A stretch of 58,357 bases of DNA, taken from NCBI GenBank assembly GCA_043812035.1, contig JBDRMR010000072.1, forward strand, positions 1 through 58,357, read 5' to 3'. The notes under the pieces are model-generated. The model was given only the letters and a program-made list of their open reading frames with translations. It was not told where the DNA came from and did not search any database. Origin of the DNA: Candidatus Omnitrophota bacterium (GTDB lineage: Bacteria > Omnitrophota > Gorgyraeia > Gygaellales > JAHJCI01). Shown here piece after piece: positions 1 to 9,101 of this stretch; within the stretch, counting starts at the first letter, position 1; every line of letters begins with the position of its first letter. A program made the translations under genes and the position numbers.

Positions 1-728
1 ATTGAATCAAGAATATTTAAGAAATTCACAAACATTCCCTGGGCAGTTTCGGGTCTTAAATATACTTTCTGAGCAGTTTCTTTGACAGGTCCAAATAAAG
101 TTTCTAACATTAGATTTGCTGCCATAGATTCTTCGGGTAAAGGATTCCCACAATTGGGGCAGGGGGTTCGAGCTATGCCGTCACGAGAACAAGCGATTCT
201 CCCCACGTACGTCTTAAAGTCAAACTCCACTCCACCAAATTTATGGTTTAAATCAGCAATCCAAGAAACAGTTACTTCCGGGTCTTTAACAAGGTTTAAG
301 TTAGGAGCTAATGACTTTCCTTCTGTTTTAGCCCAGCGCAATAAATAAGAACTATCTTTATCTCCCGTCATCGTTTCCCTAAGCGAGGTAAACCAAGAAC
401 TATTCCAAATCTCGTCCCAGATTTTATCGAACCTAAAAAATTTTGCACAAGCAGGACATTTTATAAAAGGATCGGCGAAGCTGTTTAGGTGCCCCGAAGC
501 TTCCCAGACCTTTGGATGCATCAATATCGCCGCGTCCATTCCGTACATATCATCCCGGCAATGGACGTTTGTCTGCCACCAGGCTTTTTTTACGTTGTTC
601 TTAAGCTCGACGCCAAAAGGCGCGTAGTCCCAGGTATTGCTCAGGCCACCGTAAATGCCGGAGCTTAAGAATATAAATCCGCGCCGCTTACACAGCGCTA
701 CAACCTTATCCATCAAATCATTCATCAT
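1..728 (-). CDS. glyQS: glycine--tRNA ligase (GlyQS type), N-terminal part; gene continues beyond the left edge
   Basis: Not in the ORF track because there is no stop in the window. Hand translation of the minus strand from ATG at 728 gives MMNDLMDKVVALCKRRGFIFLSSGIYGGLSNTWDYAPFGVELKNNVKKAWW...KVYLRPETAQGMFVNF. These are class II GlyRS motifs, with two CxxC pairs in the insertion. Confidence 0.85.
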   Translation of the reverse strand, partial: MMNDLMDKVVALCKRRGFIFLSSGIYGGLSNTWDYAPFGVELKNNVKKAWWQTNVHCRDDMYGMDAAILMHPKVWEASGHLNSFADPFIKCPACAKFFRFDKIWDEIWNSSWFTSLRETMTGDKDSSYLLRWAKTEGKSLAPNLNLVKDPEVTVSWIADLNHKFGGVEFDFKTYVGRIACSRDGIARTPCPNCGNPLPEESMAANLMLETLFGPVKETAQKVYLRPETAQGMFVNFLNILDS

Positions 729-730
729 TC

Positions 731-1585
731 TCAGGGACGTTCATTTTTAGGGACGTCGAGCTTTCTAAGTTCTTCTTCTTTTATTGTGAAGCTGTGCTCC
801 TTCGCAGGGAATTTACCTTCGATAACCTCTTTTTTATAATCTTCGATTGCCTTTTGAATTTGAGAAGACAGATTGACATACTGCTTAACGAATTTTGGCT
901 TGAAGCGCTCAAAAAGACCCAATAAATCGTGGGTCACCAGCACCTGGCCGTCACAATGAATTCCTGCTCCAATCCCGATAGTGGGTATGTTCAATTTATC
1001 TGTAATAATTTCGGCTATCTTGTCCGGCACGCACTCAAGAACTATGGAGAAGCAACCCAATCTCTCCAAATCCTGAGCCTGCTTGATTATCCTCTGAGCT
1101 GCCTCGGCATCTCTTCCCTGAACCTTGAATCCGCCTAATTTATCCGCGGTCTGGGGAGTAAGCCCGATATGGCCCATCACCTTAATGCCTGCCTTTATTA
1201 TAGCCTCGGTTACCTCTAAACACTTATCAAACCATTCCAGTTTTACCGCATCGCAGCCGGCCTCTTCGATAAATCTTCTGGCATTTTTTACCGATTCGCC
1301 CGGATTTACCTGATAAGACTCATAAGGCATATCGCCTATAAGTAATGCCGATTTTACTGCCCTTGCCACCGCCTTGGAATGATGAATCATCTCGGCCATC
1401 CCGACCTGAGTAGTTGACTCAAGACCCAATACGACGTTTGCCACGGAATCTCCGACAAGAATCATATCAATGCCGGCACGGTCAATAAGAGAAGCCAGCG
1501 GAAAATCATAAGCGGTAAGCATGGTGATTTTACGTTTACCCTTCATTCCCCGAATATCTTGAATTGTAATTTTATTATTTGCCAT
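731..1585 (-). CDS. panB: 3-methyl-2-oxobutanoate hydroxymethyltransferase
   Basis: 284 aa. KITMLTAYDFPLASLIDRAGIDMILVGDSVANVVLG is a PanB signature. Confidence 0.95.
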   Translation of the reverse strand: MANNKITIQDIRGMKGKRKITMLTAYDFPLASLIDRAGIDMILVGDSVANVVLGLESTTQVGMAEMIHHSKAVARAVKSALLIGDMPYESYQVNPGESVKNARRFIEEAGCDAVKLEWFDKCLEVTEAIIKAGIKVMGHIGLTPQTADKLGGFKVQGRDAEAAQRIIKQAQDLERLGCFSIVLECVPDKIAEIITDKLNIPTIGIGAGIHCDGQVLVTHDLLGLFERFKPKFVKQYVNLSSQIQKAIEDYKKEVIEGKFPAKEHSFTIKEEELRKLDVPKNERP

Positions 1586-1705
1586 TTTTAGCGGATAGCG
1601 GATAGCGTTTATTTTAGCGTTTAGCGGATAGCGTATAGCGTTTAGTATTTTCTATACGCTATACGCTCTACGCTCTACGCTAATAAATATACGCTATACG
1701 CTAAA
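1586..1705. repeat. intergenic inverted array of TAGCG/TATACGC words (imperfect long hairpin) between nfnB stop and panB start
   Basis: The left arm carries gcggatagc / agcgtatagcg words. The right arm carries tatacgc / tctacgc words. agcgtatagcg pairs exactly with cgctatacgct. The 19-mer tatacgctatacgctaaac recurs at 32866-32884. Confidence 0.8.
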
Positions 1706-3136
1706 CTATGCGTCCTTTTTAATATATCTATCTATTTCCACCGCCGCTTTCTTTCCCGCGCCCATTGCCGAGATCACCGTATCGGCGCCGGTAATTATGT
1801 CGCCTCCGGCAAAGACACCGGGAATCGATGTCATCAGGTTCCCGTCTACCCAGATTGTGCCGTTGGGATTGATGGTTAGGCCTGGCGTAACCTTGCCGAT
1901 TAAGGGATTCGGCTTCTGCCCTATGGCAACTATTACCGTATCAACATCAAGGACAAAATTGGAATCTTCTAACGGAACCGGCCTTCTTCTGCCCGAAGCA
2001 TCCGGCTGGCCCAATTCCATTTTTATGCATTCCAGTCCGCTTGCGAAACCCTTTTCATCGCCGAGTATCCTTACCGGTTGAGTAAGCAGCCTGAATTTAA
2101 CGCCTTCGGCTCTGGCGTTCTCAATCTCTTCCCGGCGCGCGGGCATCTCTTTCGCCGTGCGGCGGTAAACTAATTCCGTAACCCTGCCTAATCTGAGAGC
2201 GACTCGCGCGCAGTCAAAAGCCACATTTCCGCCGCCCACAACCGCAACCTTATTGCCGATATTTATCGGCGTGGCATATTCCGGGAAGCGGTACGCCTTC
2301 ATCAGGTTTATCCGGGTAAGGAATTCGTTCGCCGAATAAACCCGGCTCAGGTTTTCGCCGGGTATATTAAGGAACTGCGGCAGCCCTGCGCCGGCAGCCA
2401 GGAATATCGCAAGAAAGCCTTGGGCAAATAAGTCATCCAGATTAAGCGTGCGGCCTATAAGAACATCAGTTTGAATCTCAACGCCGAGACTCCCGACATA
2501 ATCCAATTCCTTTTGGACTATTTTCTTGGGCAATCGGAATTCAGGTATACCGTATGTCAATACCCCGCCGGCTATATGCAATGACTCAAAGAGCAAAACT
2601 TGATATCCTATTTTAGCAAAATCTGCCGCTGCTGTCAAGCCGGCCGGCCCGCTACCCACAACAGCAATTTTAGTTCGTAGTTTGTAGTTCGTAGTTTGTA
2701 GTTTTTCACTATGAACTATGAACTCTGAACTATGAACTATTTCGTAGTCGGCTGCGTATCTCTCCAGCGCTCCGATATTAATCGGCTCTCCCTTTTTGTT
2801 AAGAACGCAAAGTTTTTCACACTGGTCTTCCTGGGGACACACCCGGCCGCAGATAGCCGGAAGGTTATTCTTTTCCTTTATCTTCTTGAGCGCTTCTTTT
2901 CGTTTATCCTGGAGAATAAGTTTGATAAAAGCAGGAATATCTATTCCGACAAGACAGCCCTCGATGCATTTAGGTTCTTTACACTGAATGCACCTCTTTG
3001 CTTCTGCTTTGGCTTGCTCGTCAGAAAGACCGAGCGAGACTTCATTAAAATTATTCTTTCTTTCTTCAGGCGGCTGCTGTCTGACCTTTTGCCGATTGTT
3101 TTTTTTCATTCTGATTCTGTATGCCGATGGGAACAC
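1706..3136 (-). CDS. nfnB: GltD-like NADPH-dependent oxidoreductase, large subunit of an NfnAB/SudAB-type ferredoxin:NADP oxidoreductase
   Basis: 476 aa. N-terminal Cys clusters (CIQCKEPKC, CGRVCPQEDQCEKLC) are followed by two Rossmann motifs (VVGSGPAGL, VVGGGNVAFDCA). The adjacent gene encodes a PyrK-like partner. The exact start is uncertain: GTG at 3136 or ATG at 3109. Confidence 0.8.
   Translation of the reverse strand: MFPSAYRIRMKKNNRQKVRQQPPEERKNNFNEVSLGLSDEQAKAEAKRCIQCKEPKCIEGCLVGIDIPAFIKLILQDKRKEALKKIKEKNNLPAICGRVCPQEDQCEKLCVLNKKGEPINIGALERYAADYEIVHSSEFIVHSEKLQTTNYKLRTKIAVVGSGPAGLTAAADFAKIGYQVLLFESLHIAGGVLTYGIPEFRLPKKIVQKELDYVGSLGVEIQTDVLIGRTLNLDDLFAQGFLAIFLAAGAGLPQFLNIPGENLSRVYSANEFLTRINLMKAYRFPEYATPINIGNKVAVVGGGNVAFDCARVALRLGRVTELVYRRTAKEMPARREEIENARAEGVKFRLLTQPVRILGDEKGFASGLECIKMELGQPDASGRRRPVPLEDSNFVLDVDTVIVAIGQKPNPLIGKVTPGLTINPNGTIWVDGNLMTSIPGVFAGGDIITGADTVISAMGAGKKAAVEIDRYIKKDA
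2671..2739. repeat. 69-nt hairpin of 7-nt words (TAGTTCG/TAGTTTG versus TATGAAC) inside nfnB
   Basis: Arms 2671-2701 and 2709-2739 form a 31-bp stem on the plus strand: 24 Watson-Crick pairs, 6 G-T pairs and 1 mismatch. It encodes IVHSSEFIVHSEKLQTTNYKL in the linker before the first Rossmann motif. Confidence 0.85.
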
Positions 3137-3172
3137 TCTTTCGAACGGATTTGAAACAGGCTTCCGATTGGG

Positions 3173-3997
3173 TTAAAGGGTGTCCCTGATTTGTTGTTCT
3201 TGGACTTTGTATTGGTTGATTCTTTTTTCGAGCTCCTGGAAATCAATCTGGTGTGCGTCAAAGTCCGGGCCCTCAACGCAGGCGAATTTAGTTTCGCCCG
3301 CGATAACGCAGCGGCACGCTCCGCACATACCCGTTGCGTCCACCATAATCGGATTAAGACTAACGACGGTCTTTATCTTTAACGGCCTGGTAATCTCGGA
3401 TACCGCACGCATCATCACCAAGGGACCGATAGCGTAGATTAAATTTACGGTTGACGGTTGACGCTTGACAGATAGTAAATCCTTCAATACGTCGCTGACA
3501 AATCCTTTTCTGCCGCAGGAACCGTCGTCGGTGGTAACGTAAAGCTCGTCACAAACCCGGTTCATTTCTTTCTCCAGAATGAGCAATTCCTTGCTGCGCG
3601 CTCCGACTATGCCGGCCACCTGATTGCCCGCTTCCTTGAACGCCCGTGAAACCGGAAAAACCTCGGCAATCCCGACGCCTCCGCCTATGCATATCACCCG
3701 GCCGAAATTTTTAACTTCCGTAGGGTGACCGAGAGGGCCGAGGATGTGCCCGACTGCATCGCCTGCATTCTTGACGGCTAATTTGCGCGTGGTAAAACCG
3801 ACCTCCTGAAAGATGAGAGTAATTGTTCCCTTGCGCCTGTCCCAATCAGCCAGGGTTAAAGGAATCCGCTCTCCCTTTTCATCGGCAATCAAGACAACAA
3901 ACTGTCCTGCCTGGGCTTTTTTAGCAATGAGGAGCGCTTCCACGCTGATTCTAACTACATCTTTGGCTAATTTCTCTTTATTTATTATCCTGAACAT
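3173..3997 (-). CDS. nfnA: PyrK/SudB-like FAD and 2Fe-2S subunit of ferredoxin:NADP oxidoreductase
   Basis: 274 aa. Flavin reductase fold with C-terminal DATGMCGACRC...FACVEGP cluster motif. Contains 7-nt words (acggttg x2, acgcttg) at 3447-3469. Confidence 0.8.
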   Translation of the reverse strand: MFRIINKEKLAKDVVRISVEALLIAKKAQAGQFVVLIADEKGERIPLTLADWDRRKGTITLIFQEVGFTTRKLAVKNAGDAVGHILGPLGHPTEVKNFGRVICIGGGVGIAEVFPVSRAFKEAGNQVAGIVGARSKELLILEKEMNRVCDELYVTTDDGSCGRKGFVSDVLKDLLSVKRQPSTVNLIYAIGPLVMMRAVSEITRPLKIKTVVSLNPIMVDATGMCGACRCVIAGETKFACVEGPDFDAHQIDFQELEKRINQYKVQEQQIRDTL

Positions 3998-4940
3998 CTC
4001 TATATATCTTTACCTCAACGTTAAATCTCTTAGCCAATTTTCTGCCTTCTTCGTCACCCAAAACAAAAATGCTCGTTGCCAGGGCGTCGGCTGTCAAGCA
4101 ATCGTCGGCAATCACGGTTACGCTGGCAATCTCCGTATCCGCCGGCTCTCCGGTCCGGGGGTCAAGAATGTGGCTATACCGTTTATCTCCCGCGAAAAAA
4201 TACTGTTCATAATTTCCTGCGGTCGCCACGGCTTTATCCTTTAATTCCAGATAGCCGGCAAAGCCTGCCTCCTGCCCCGCCTTTATCGCTATGCGCCAGG
4301 GCTTGCCGTTTTTGCCCCCCAGGCAGTAAATGTCTCCTCCGGCATTTATGAGCGCGCTTTTAATCCCGGCGAGCCTTAATTCCCTGAGCGCGCAATCTAC
4401 CGCATAACCTTTGGCGATTGCCCCCAAACTCATCTTCATGCCTTTAATTTTAAATTCAATAATATTACCACTGATTTTCACTTTGTCAAATCCAATCAAT
4501 TCCAACGCTTCTTTTATTTCGCTGCGCTCCGGCACGCGATAGTTTCCATCGCGGAATCCCCACAATTCAAGCAAAGGAGCCACGGTAACGTCGAAAGCGC
4601 CGGCCGTTTCCTGCCAAAACTCGCCTGCCTTCTTTATAACAAAAAGGGTCTGGGGATTCGCCTCTATCTTGCCTGTCCTGTCCAGACGGGAGATTTCGCT
4701 GTCATCCTTGTAAGAGCTCAGCAGATTCTCGATTCTCTCTATCTCTTTGAATGCTATCTCGGCAGCCCGCTTATCAGGAGAAACAACTTCGACTATCGTC
4801 CCCATCATTATCCGGGCGCTCCTATGCAGGGGCTGTCTCTGGCAGCCGCATAGTCCATAAACCAGAAACCAGAGCACGGAAACCAGAAAAACAAACTTCG
4901 GCTGTAAATTGTAAACTGTGAACTGTAAACTTTTTTTCAT
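3978..4940 (-). CDS. apbE: FAD:protein FMN transferase (ApbE family) lipoprotein
   Basis: 320 aa. Lipobox GLCGC, then MGTIVEV and AIAKGYAVD ApbE motifs. N-terminal codons are built from tgtaaac-type words at 4903-4930. Confidence 0.85.
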   Translation of the reverse strand: MKKSLQFTVYNLQPKFVFLVSVLWFLVYGLCGCQRQPLHRSARIMMGTIVEVVSPDKRAAEIAFKEIERIENLLSSYKDDSEISRLDRTGKIEANPQTLFVIKKAGEFWQETAGAFDVTVAPLLELWGFRDGNYRVPERSEIKEALELIGFDKVKISGNIIEFKIKGMKMSLGAIAKGYAVDCALRELRLAGIKSALINAGGDIYCLGGKNGKPWRIAIKAGQEAGFAGYLELKDKAVATAGNYEQYFFAGDKRYSHILDPRTGEPADTEIASVTVIADDCLTADALATSIFVLGDEEGRKLAKRFNVEVKIYRDVQDNK

Positions 4941-6646
4941 TTTTTTATTGCTTTCAAAAATTCTTCAACCGGGAGGCTGTTCAGGAGGTCTTTTTTCTCT
5001 AAGCCCGCCCGCCTGGCCACGGACACGCCAAGCTGCATTGTCTCTAAACCGCCGATAGAATGAGCATCTGTACCTATGGCTAAGCGGACGCCTTTAGCTT
5101 TTGCGTGGCGGGCATTAGCGTCGTTTAAATCAAGTCTGTCGGGCATAGCGTTAATTTCCAGAGCCGTATTGGTCGAGCGGCAGACTTGCAGAATCCGCTC
5201 GAAATCAAGCTCGTATGCGTCGCGGGTGTCCCAAAGCCTTCCCGTGGGATGGGCGACCACGCGGACGTACCGGTTCTGACAGGCCTTGACTATTCTCTGG
5301 GTAAGCTTGGCTCTTGACTGCTTAAATCCGGAATGAATTGCGGCAATAACCAAGTCAAATTCGCTAAGCACCTTATCGGAGTAGTCGAGTTTGCCCTCCG
5401 AATCTATGTCTACTTCGGCGCCGTAAAGAACCCGGAAATCTTTGAGTTTACTGTTTATTTTCTCGATTTCTGCTTTTTTCTTTTTGAGCTCCCCGATACT
5501 CAATCCGCCGGCGACCTTAAGCCCTTGAGAATGGTCGGTAACAGCTATATAGGAGTAATTCCTGAGCTTTGCCGCCCGGACAAGCTCTTCTATTGGATTG
5601 GCCCCGTCGGACCAGACGGAATGCACGTGCAGGTCGGCCAGAATGTCGCCGGGCTCAACCAGCCCGGGCAATTTATTTTTCCTGGCTAACTCTATTTCTC
5701 CGGTATCCTCCCTTAATTCCGGAGGAATATAACTCATCTTCAATAATTTGAAAATCTCTTCCTCGCTGTGTCCGGCTAAGTGCTTCTCTTTCTTAAACAC
5801 GCCGTATTCGTTAATTTTAAAACCCAAATTAAGGGCGATTGTGCGAAGCTTTATGTTGAAACTCTTTGAACCCGTAAAATACAATAAAGCGGCGCCGAAA
5901 GATTTTTCAGGCACCACCCGGCAATCAACCTGAATGTCCAGTCTGCTGAGAACCGAGGACTTGGTCTCTCCTTTAGCCTGAATCTTCTTTACTATAGGCA
6001 GCTGCGTAAACTTATTCATAACCTTATTCGGACTTGAGGACACTATCAATATGTCTATATCTCTTACGGTTTCTTTCTGCCTCCTTAAGCTGCCGGCGGG
6101 GCTGATTTTTTTAACAAAAGGTAATTCGGACAAAGGCTCGATAAATTCATTTGCCGCATGAACGGCTTTTGCCAGATGCATCCGCTCCCTGCCTCTTTTA
6201 ATAAGGGATATCCCCTGCTTGATATTCTGAATCGTCTTTTCCTTTATCCCGAAGATGCCGGTTAACTTATCGTTCTCAATCGCCTTTTCCAAATCCTCGA
6301 TGGTTTTTATTTTTAGCTGTTTATATAAATTCCATGCGGTTTTCGGCCCGACGGTGGGAATCTTAAGCAAATCAAGCAGGCCCGGGGGGATGGCCTTCTT
6401 TAGGTCTTCGTAAAATTTAAGTTTTCCGGTAGATACTATTTCTTTAATCTTGTTGGCCAAATCCCGGCCGATGCCGGGGATCTCCGACAGCCTTTCTTCT
6501 TCGGACAGGGTCTGTATATTTTCGGAAAGGTCCCTTATGTTCTGGGCAGCCTTCTCGTAGGCCCGGATACGGAAAGGATTCTCCTGCTTGATTTCCAAAA
6601 TCTTCGCTATATTGCCGAAGATTTCAGCAACCCCCTGATTCTCCAT
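4937..6646 (-). CDS. polX: family X DNA polymerase with C-terminal PHP domain
   Basis: 569 aa. FRIRAYEKAAQNI and GIGRDLANKI helix-hairpin-helix motifs at the N-terminus; DLHVHSVWSDG PHP motif at the C-terminus. Confidence 0.9.
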   Translation of the reverse strand: MENQGVAEIFGNIAKILEIKQENPFRIRAYEKAAQNIRDLSENIQTLSEEERLSEIPGIGRDLANKIKEIVSTGKLKFYEDLKKAIPPGLLDLLKIPTVGPKTAWNLYKQLKIKTIEDLEKAIENDKLTGIFGIKEKTIQNIKQGISLIKRGRERMHLAKAVHAANEFIEPLSELPFVKKISPAGSLRRQKETVRDIDILIVSSSPNKVMNKFTQLPIVKKIQAKGETKSSVLSRLDIQVDCRVVPEKSFGAALLYFTGSKSFNIKLRTIALNLGFKINEYGVFKKEKHLAGHSEEEIFKLLKMSYIPPELREDTGEIELARKNKLPGLVEPGDILADLHVHSVWSDGANPIEELVRAAKLRNYSYIAVTDHSQGLKVAGGLSIGELKKKKAEIEKINSKLKDFRVLYGAEVDIDSEGKLDYSDKVLSEFDLVIAAIHSGFKQSRAKLTQRIVKACQNRYVRVVAHPTGRLWDTRDAYELDFERILQVCRSTNTALEINAMPDRLDLNDANARHAKAKGVRLAIGTDAHSIGGLETMQLGVSVARRAGLEKKDLLNSLPVEEFLKAIKK

Positions 6647-6652
6647 CCTCTT

Positions 6653-7024
6653 TTAATCGCCTAAAATTAATTTGATGCGCTCTCTTAACTTAGCCGGCGG
6701 CATCCTGTACTTGATAAAACAATCCAGAGCCCCCATTGCCTTTACCTCTTCTATCTCCTGCTGGGAGTCCCTGGCGGTAAGCACTATCACCGGTATGCTT
6801 TGAGTTGCGGGATCGCTTTTGCAAATAGTCAGGAAACCAAAGCCGTCAAGGCCGGGCATAATCAGGTCCAGAATTATCAAATCAATCTTGATTTTTTTAA
6901 TTATTTCTATGCCTTTTCCCCCGGACTGTTCCGTTATCACGTCATATCCGGCTTTCTCCAAACTTTGGCGGGTAATCTCCAGGCTCATGCGATTATCGTC
7001 GACAACCAGTATTTTTTTATTCAT
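6653..7024 (-). CDS. single-domain response regulator (CheY-like receiver)
   Basis: 123 aa. KILVVDDN, DLIILDLIMPGLDG and PVIVLTA receiver motifs. Confidence 0.9.
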   Translation of the reverse strand: MNKKILVVDDNRMSLEITRQSLEKAGYDVITEQSGGKGIEIIKKIKIDLIILDLIMPGLDGFGFLTICKSDPATQSIPVIVLTARDSQQEIEEVKAMGALDCFIKYRMPPAKLRERIKLILGD

Positions 7025-7025
7025 C

Positions 7026-7955
7026 TTAATTAATCCTCAAATCGTAACTCGATTCGATTGTTTTAACCAAATCGAAGAGGAAACTGTTCACCGGTACGGG
7101 TATTCCTAAACTCTGCCCTTGCCGTAGAATTACTCCGTTAATAAAGTCTATCTCGGTGAATTTCTTCTTAAGAACATCGCCGAGCATAGAGGATATGTTT
7201 TTTGCGGTAGCGGAGCAGACCGCCTCTACCTTGGTTAACGGGTCATCGAATTGAAGTTTTATCCTCTTCCTTTTGGCAACCCTCGCGGCTTCCGAAACCG
7301 CCTGCCTCATAATCGAGCGCGTTCCTTCGAATTCCAGAAGCTGGCCGTTTCTCAGGCGGGTAACCGCTGTGAGCGCGTTAATGCCGACGTTGATAATCAG
7401 TTTTGACCAGAGCGCTCCCTTTATATCTCTGGAGAGGCGGGTAGGAATACCCACTTCGTTAAACAATTGACGGATTTCCCGCAGCTGGGCGGTCAGCTTT
7501 CCGTCAAGGCTGCCGATGACCGTCTCGCCGAATCCGGCATGATGCAACACGCCCGGCTCCGCCAGATTCGCTCCCTGGCTGGTTATGCCGGCAAATACAT
7601 TTTGCCCGCGCAGCAATTCGCTGATTATCTCTATGTTTCCGATGCCGTTTTGCAAAGTAAGCACGGAACAGTTTGCGCCGAGAATCGGCCTGGCATAGTT
7701 TATCAATTCTTTGGTATCGTAGGACTTGACGCATACAAGCAGCAAGTCGCTCTCGCCGATTTGCTCGGGATTAGCCGAGACTCTTACCTTCGCCTGCCAG
7801 GCACCCGAAACACCTTCGATTCTTATTCCATTCTGATTTAAAATTTCGGCGCGGGCATTATCCTTATCCAGGAGCCAAATTTCTTCTTTGGATTTCGATA
7901 GATAAGAAACAAAAAGAGAGCCTATTGAACCAGGGCCTGCCACTACAATTTTCAT
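7026..7955 (-). CDS. panE: 2-dehydropantoate 2-reductase
   Basis: 309 aa. MKIVVAGPGSIGSLF Rossmann motif; ApbA/PanE family layout. Confidence 0.85.
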   Translation of the reverse strand: MKIVVAGPGSIGSLFVSYLSKSKEEIWLLDKDNARAEILNQNGIRIEGVSGAWQAKVRVSANPEQIGESDLLLVCVKSYDTKELINYARPILGANCSVLTLQNGIGNIEIISELLRGQNVFAGITSQGANLAEPGVLHHAGFGETVIGSLDGKLTAQLREIRQLFNEVGIPTRLSRDIKGALWSKLIINVGINALTAVTRLRNGQLLEFEGTRSIMRQAVSEAARVAKRKRIKLQFDDPLTKVEAVCSATAKNISSMLGDVLKKKFTEIDFINGVILRQGQSLGIPVPVNSFLFDLVKTIESSYDLRIN

Positions 7956-7969
7956 CCCGCATCACCTCT

Positions 7970-8683
7970 TTAGGTTTTTTCAATATGAAACTCCAAAAAC
8001 GCATCCAAGACCTTATTTAATTCTTTCATTATCTCCCGGTTTATCCCCAGGCGCAAAACCTTATGAAAATCGTTTTTCTCAATATATAGAATAGACGCCA
8101 CTGTTCCCCGAAAGATATTTCTGGACTTAATATCCCTGTCTAAGCAATGCTCGCACAACAGCCCCCCGAATTTCAAGCTCAACCTCGCCTGAGAAATAAT
8201 CCTGCTATTGCAAGACACGCACGAATCAAGATGAGGCCTGAAGCCGCAAAAATCCAACGCTTTGATCTTGAAAATTATGGGTATCTTATCTAAATTATAT
8301 CCGTTTTCTAATTGGCACAGACAGTCAACGGCAAGGTCAAAAATCCTCTCGTTCCTGTCTTCTTCCACGGTCAGGTCGTTAAGCAATTCAACCAAGCCAA
8401 ACGCTCTCCTGACCCTGTCCAAATCGTTCTTGATTAAGCGGAAATCCCGCTTTAAATCGCATTGACTTACCAGATGCAGCGATGATTTTGTCTTTTTGTA
8501 AAATATAATTTCGTTTAACGAGAGAACATCCAGATTGCTGTTAAATTTAGTCGGCTCCTCTCTTATTCCTTTTAGAAGCCCGGAGAGTTTGCCGAAATCG
8601 CGGGTGTAGAAATTTGCAATGAGACTGGTCTGGCGGAAATTCTGCGTGTTTAAAACAATGCCTTCGGTCCTATGAATAGCCAT
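7970..8683 (-). CDS. recO: DNA repair protein RecO
   Basis: 237 aa. OB-fold N-terminus (TEGIVLNTQNFRQTSLI) and Cys4 motif CVSCNS...CEHC. Confidence 0.85.
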   Translation of the reverse strand: MAIHRTEGIVLNTQNFRQTSLIANFYTRDFGKLSGLLKGIREEPTKFNSNLDVLSLNEIIFYKKTKSSLHLVSQCDLKRDFRLIKNDLDRVRRAFGLVELLNDLTVEEDRNERIFDLAVDCLCQLENGYNLDKIPIIFKIKALDFCGFRPHLDSCVSCNSRIISQARLSLKFGGLLCEHCLDRDIKSRNIFRGTVASILYIEKNDFHKVLRLGINREIMKELNKVLDAFLEFHIEKT

Positions 8684-9101
8684 AGAATTGAAGCTTCTTG
8701 AGGATTTGGAGCGCCTTCCTGTGCATCCGAATTCTGTCTTTTTTATTCCGGTCTTTATACCCTAAAAGGTGCAGTATGCCGTGGACGAGATAAAGCCTTG
8801 CCTCCCGGCCCGGCGAAGTCTTAAATAACCGGGAATTCTCCTCGGCCGTCTCTGTCGAAATCACAATATCGGCAAGGGTCTCATCTTTATCGGAGAGGTC
8901 AAAACAAAGTACGTCGGTGGGCTCTTTCCTGCCGAGGAATCTATAATTCAGCCCCTGTATAGTTCTGTTGTCTGTATAAAGAACGGTAAGCTGGCCCCTC
9001 AATTTTACCTTTAGAATCTTAAGAATCCTGAGAACTATTTCTCTTACTTTTTTCTTGCGGACGGGAATTCTCTTTTGTTGATTTACGATGATTATCTGCA
9101 C
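8670..9101 (-). CDS. ybeY: rRNA maturation endoribonuclease YbeY
   Basis: 143 aa. HGILHLLGYKD zinc-binding motif. Confidence 0.9.
   Translation of the reverse strand: MQIIIVNQQKRIPVRKKKVREIVLRILKILKVKLRGQLTVLYTDNRTIQGLNYRFLGRKEPTDVLCFDLSDKDETLADIVISTETAEENSRLFKTSPGREARLYLVHGILHLLGYKDRNKKDRIRMHRKALQILKKLQFYGYS

Noticed and set aside
82-348. Plus-strand ORF of 88 aa at the left edge.
   Set aside because: It lies antisense to a clear glyQS reading frame (GlyRS motifs on the minus strand), so it is a shadow ORF.
2671-2739. CRISPR array or minisatellite interpretation of the word repeats.
   Set aside because: Units are only 7-12 nt with no spacers. The arrays are inverted pairs, and no cas genes are present.
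7504-7734. 76-aa ORF on the same strand within panE.
   Set aside because: It is out of frame inside panE and gives an Arg-rich, off-frame type translation.
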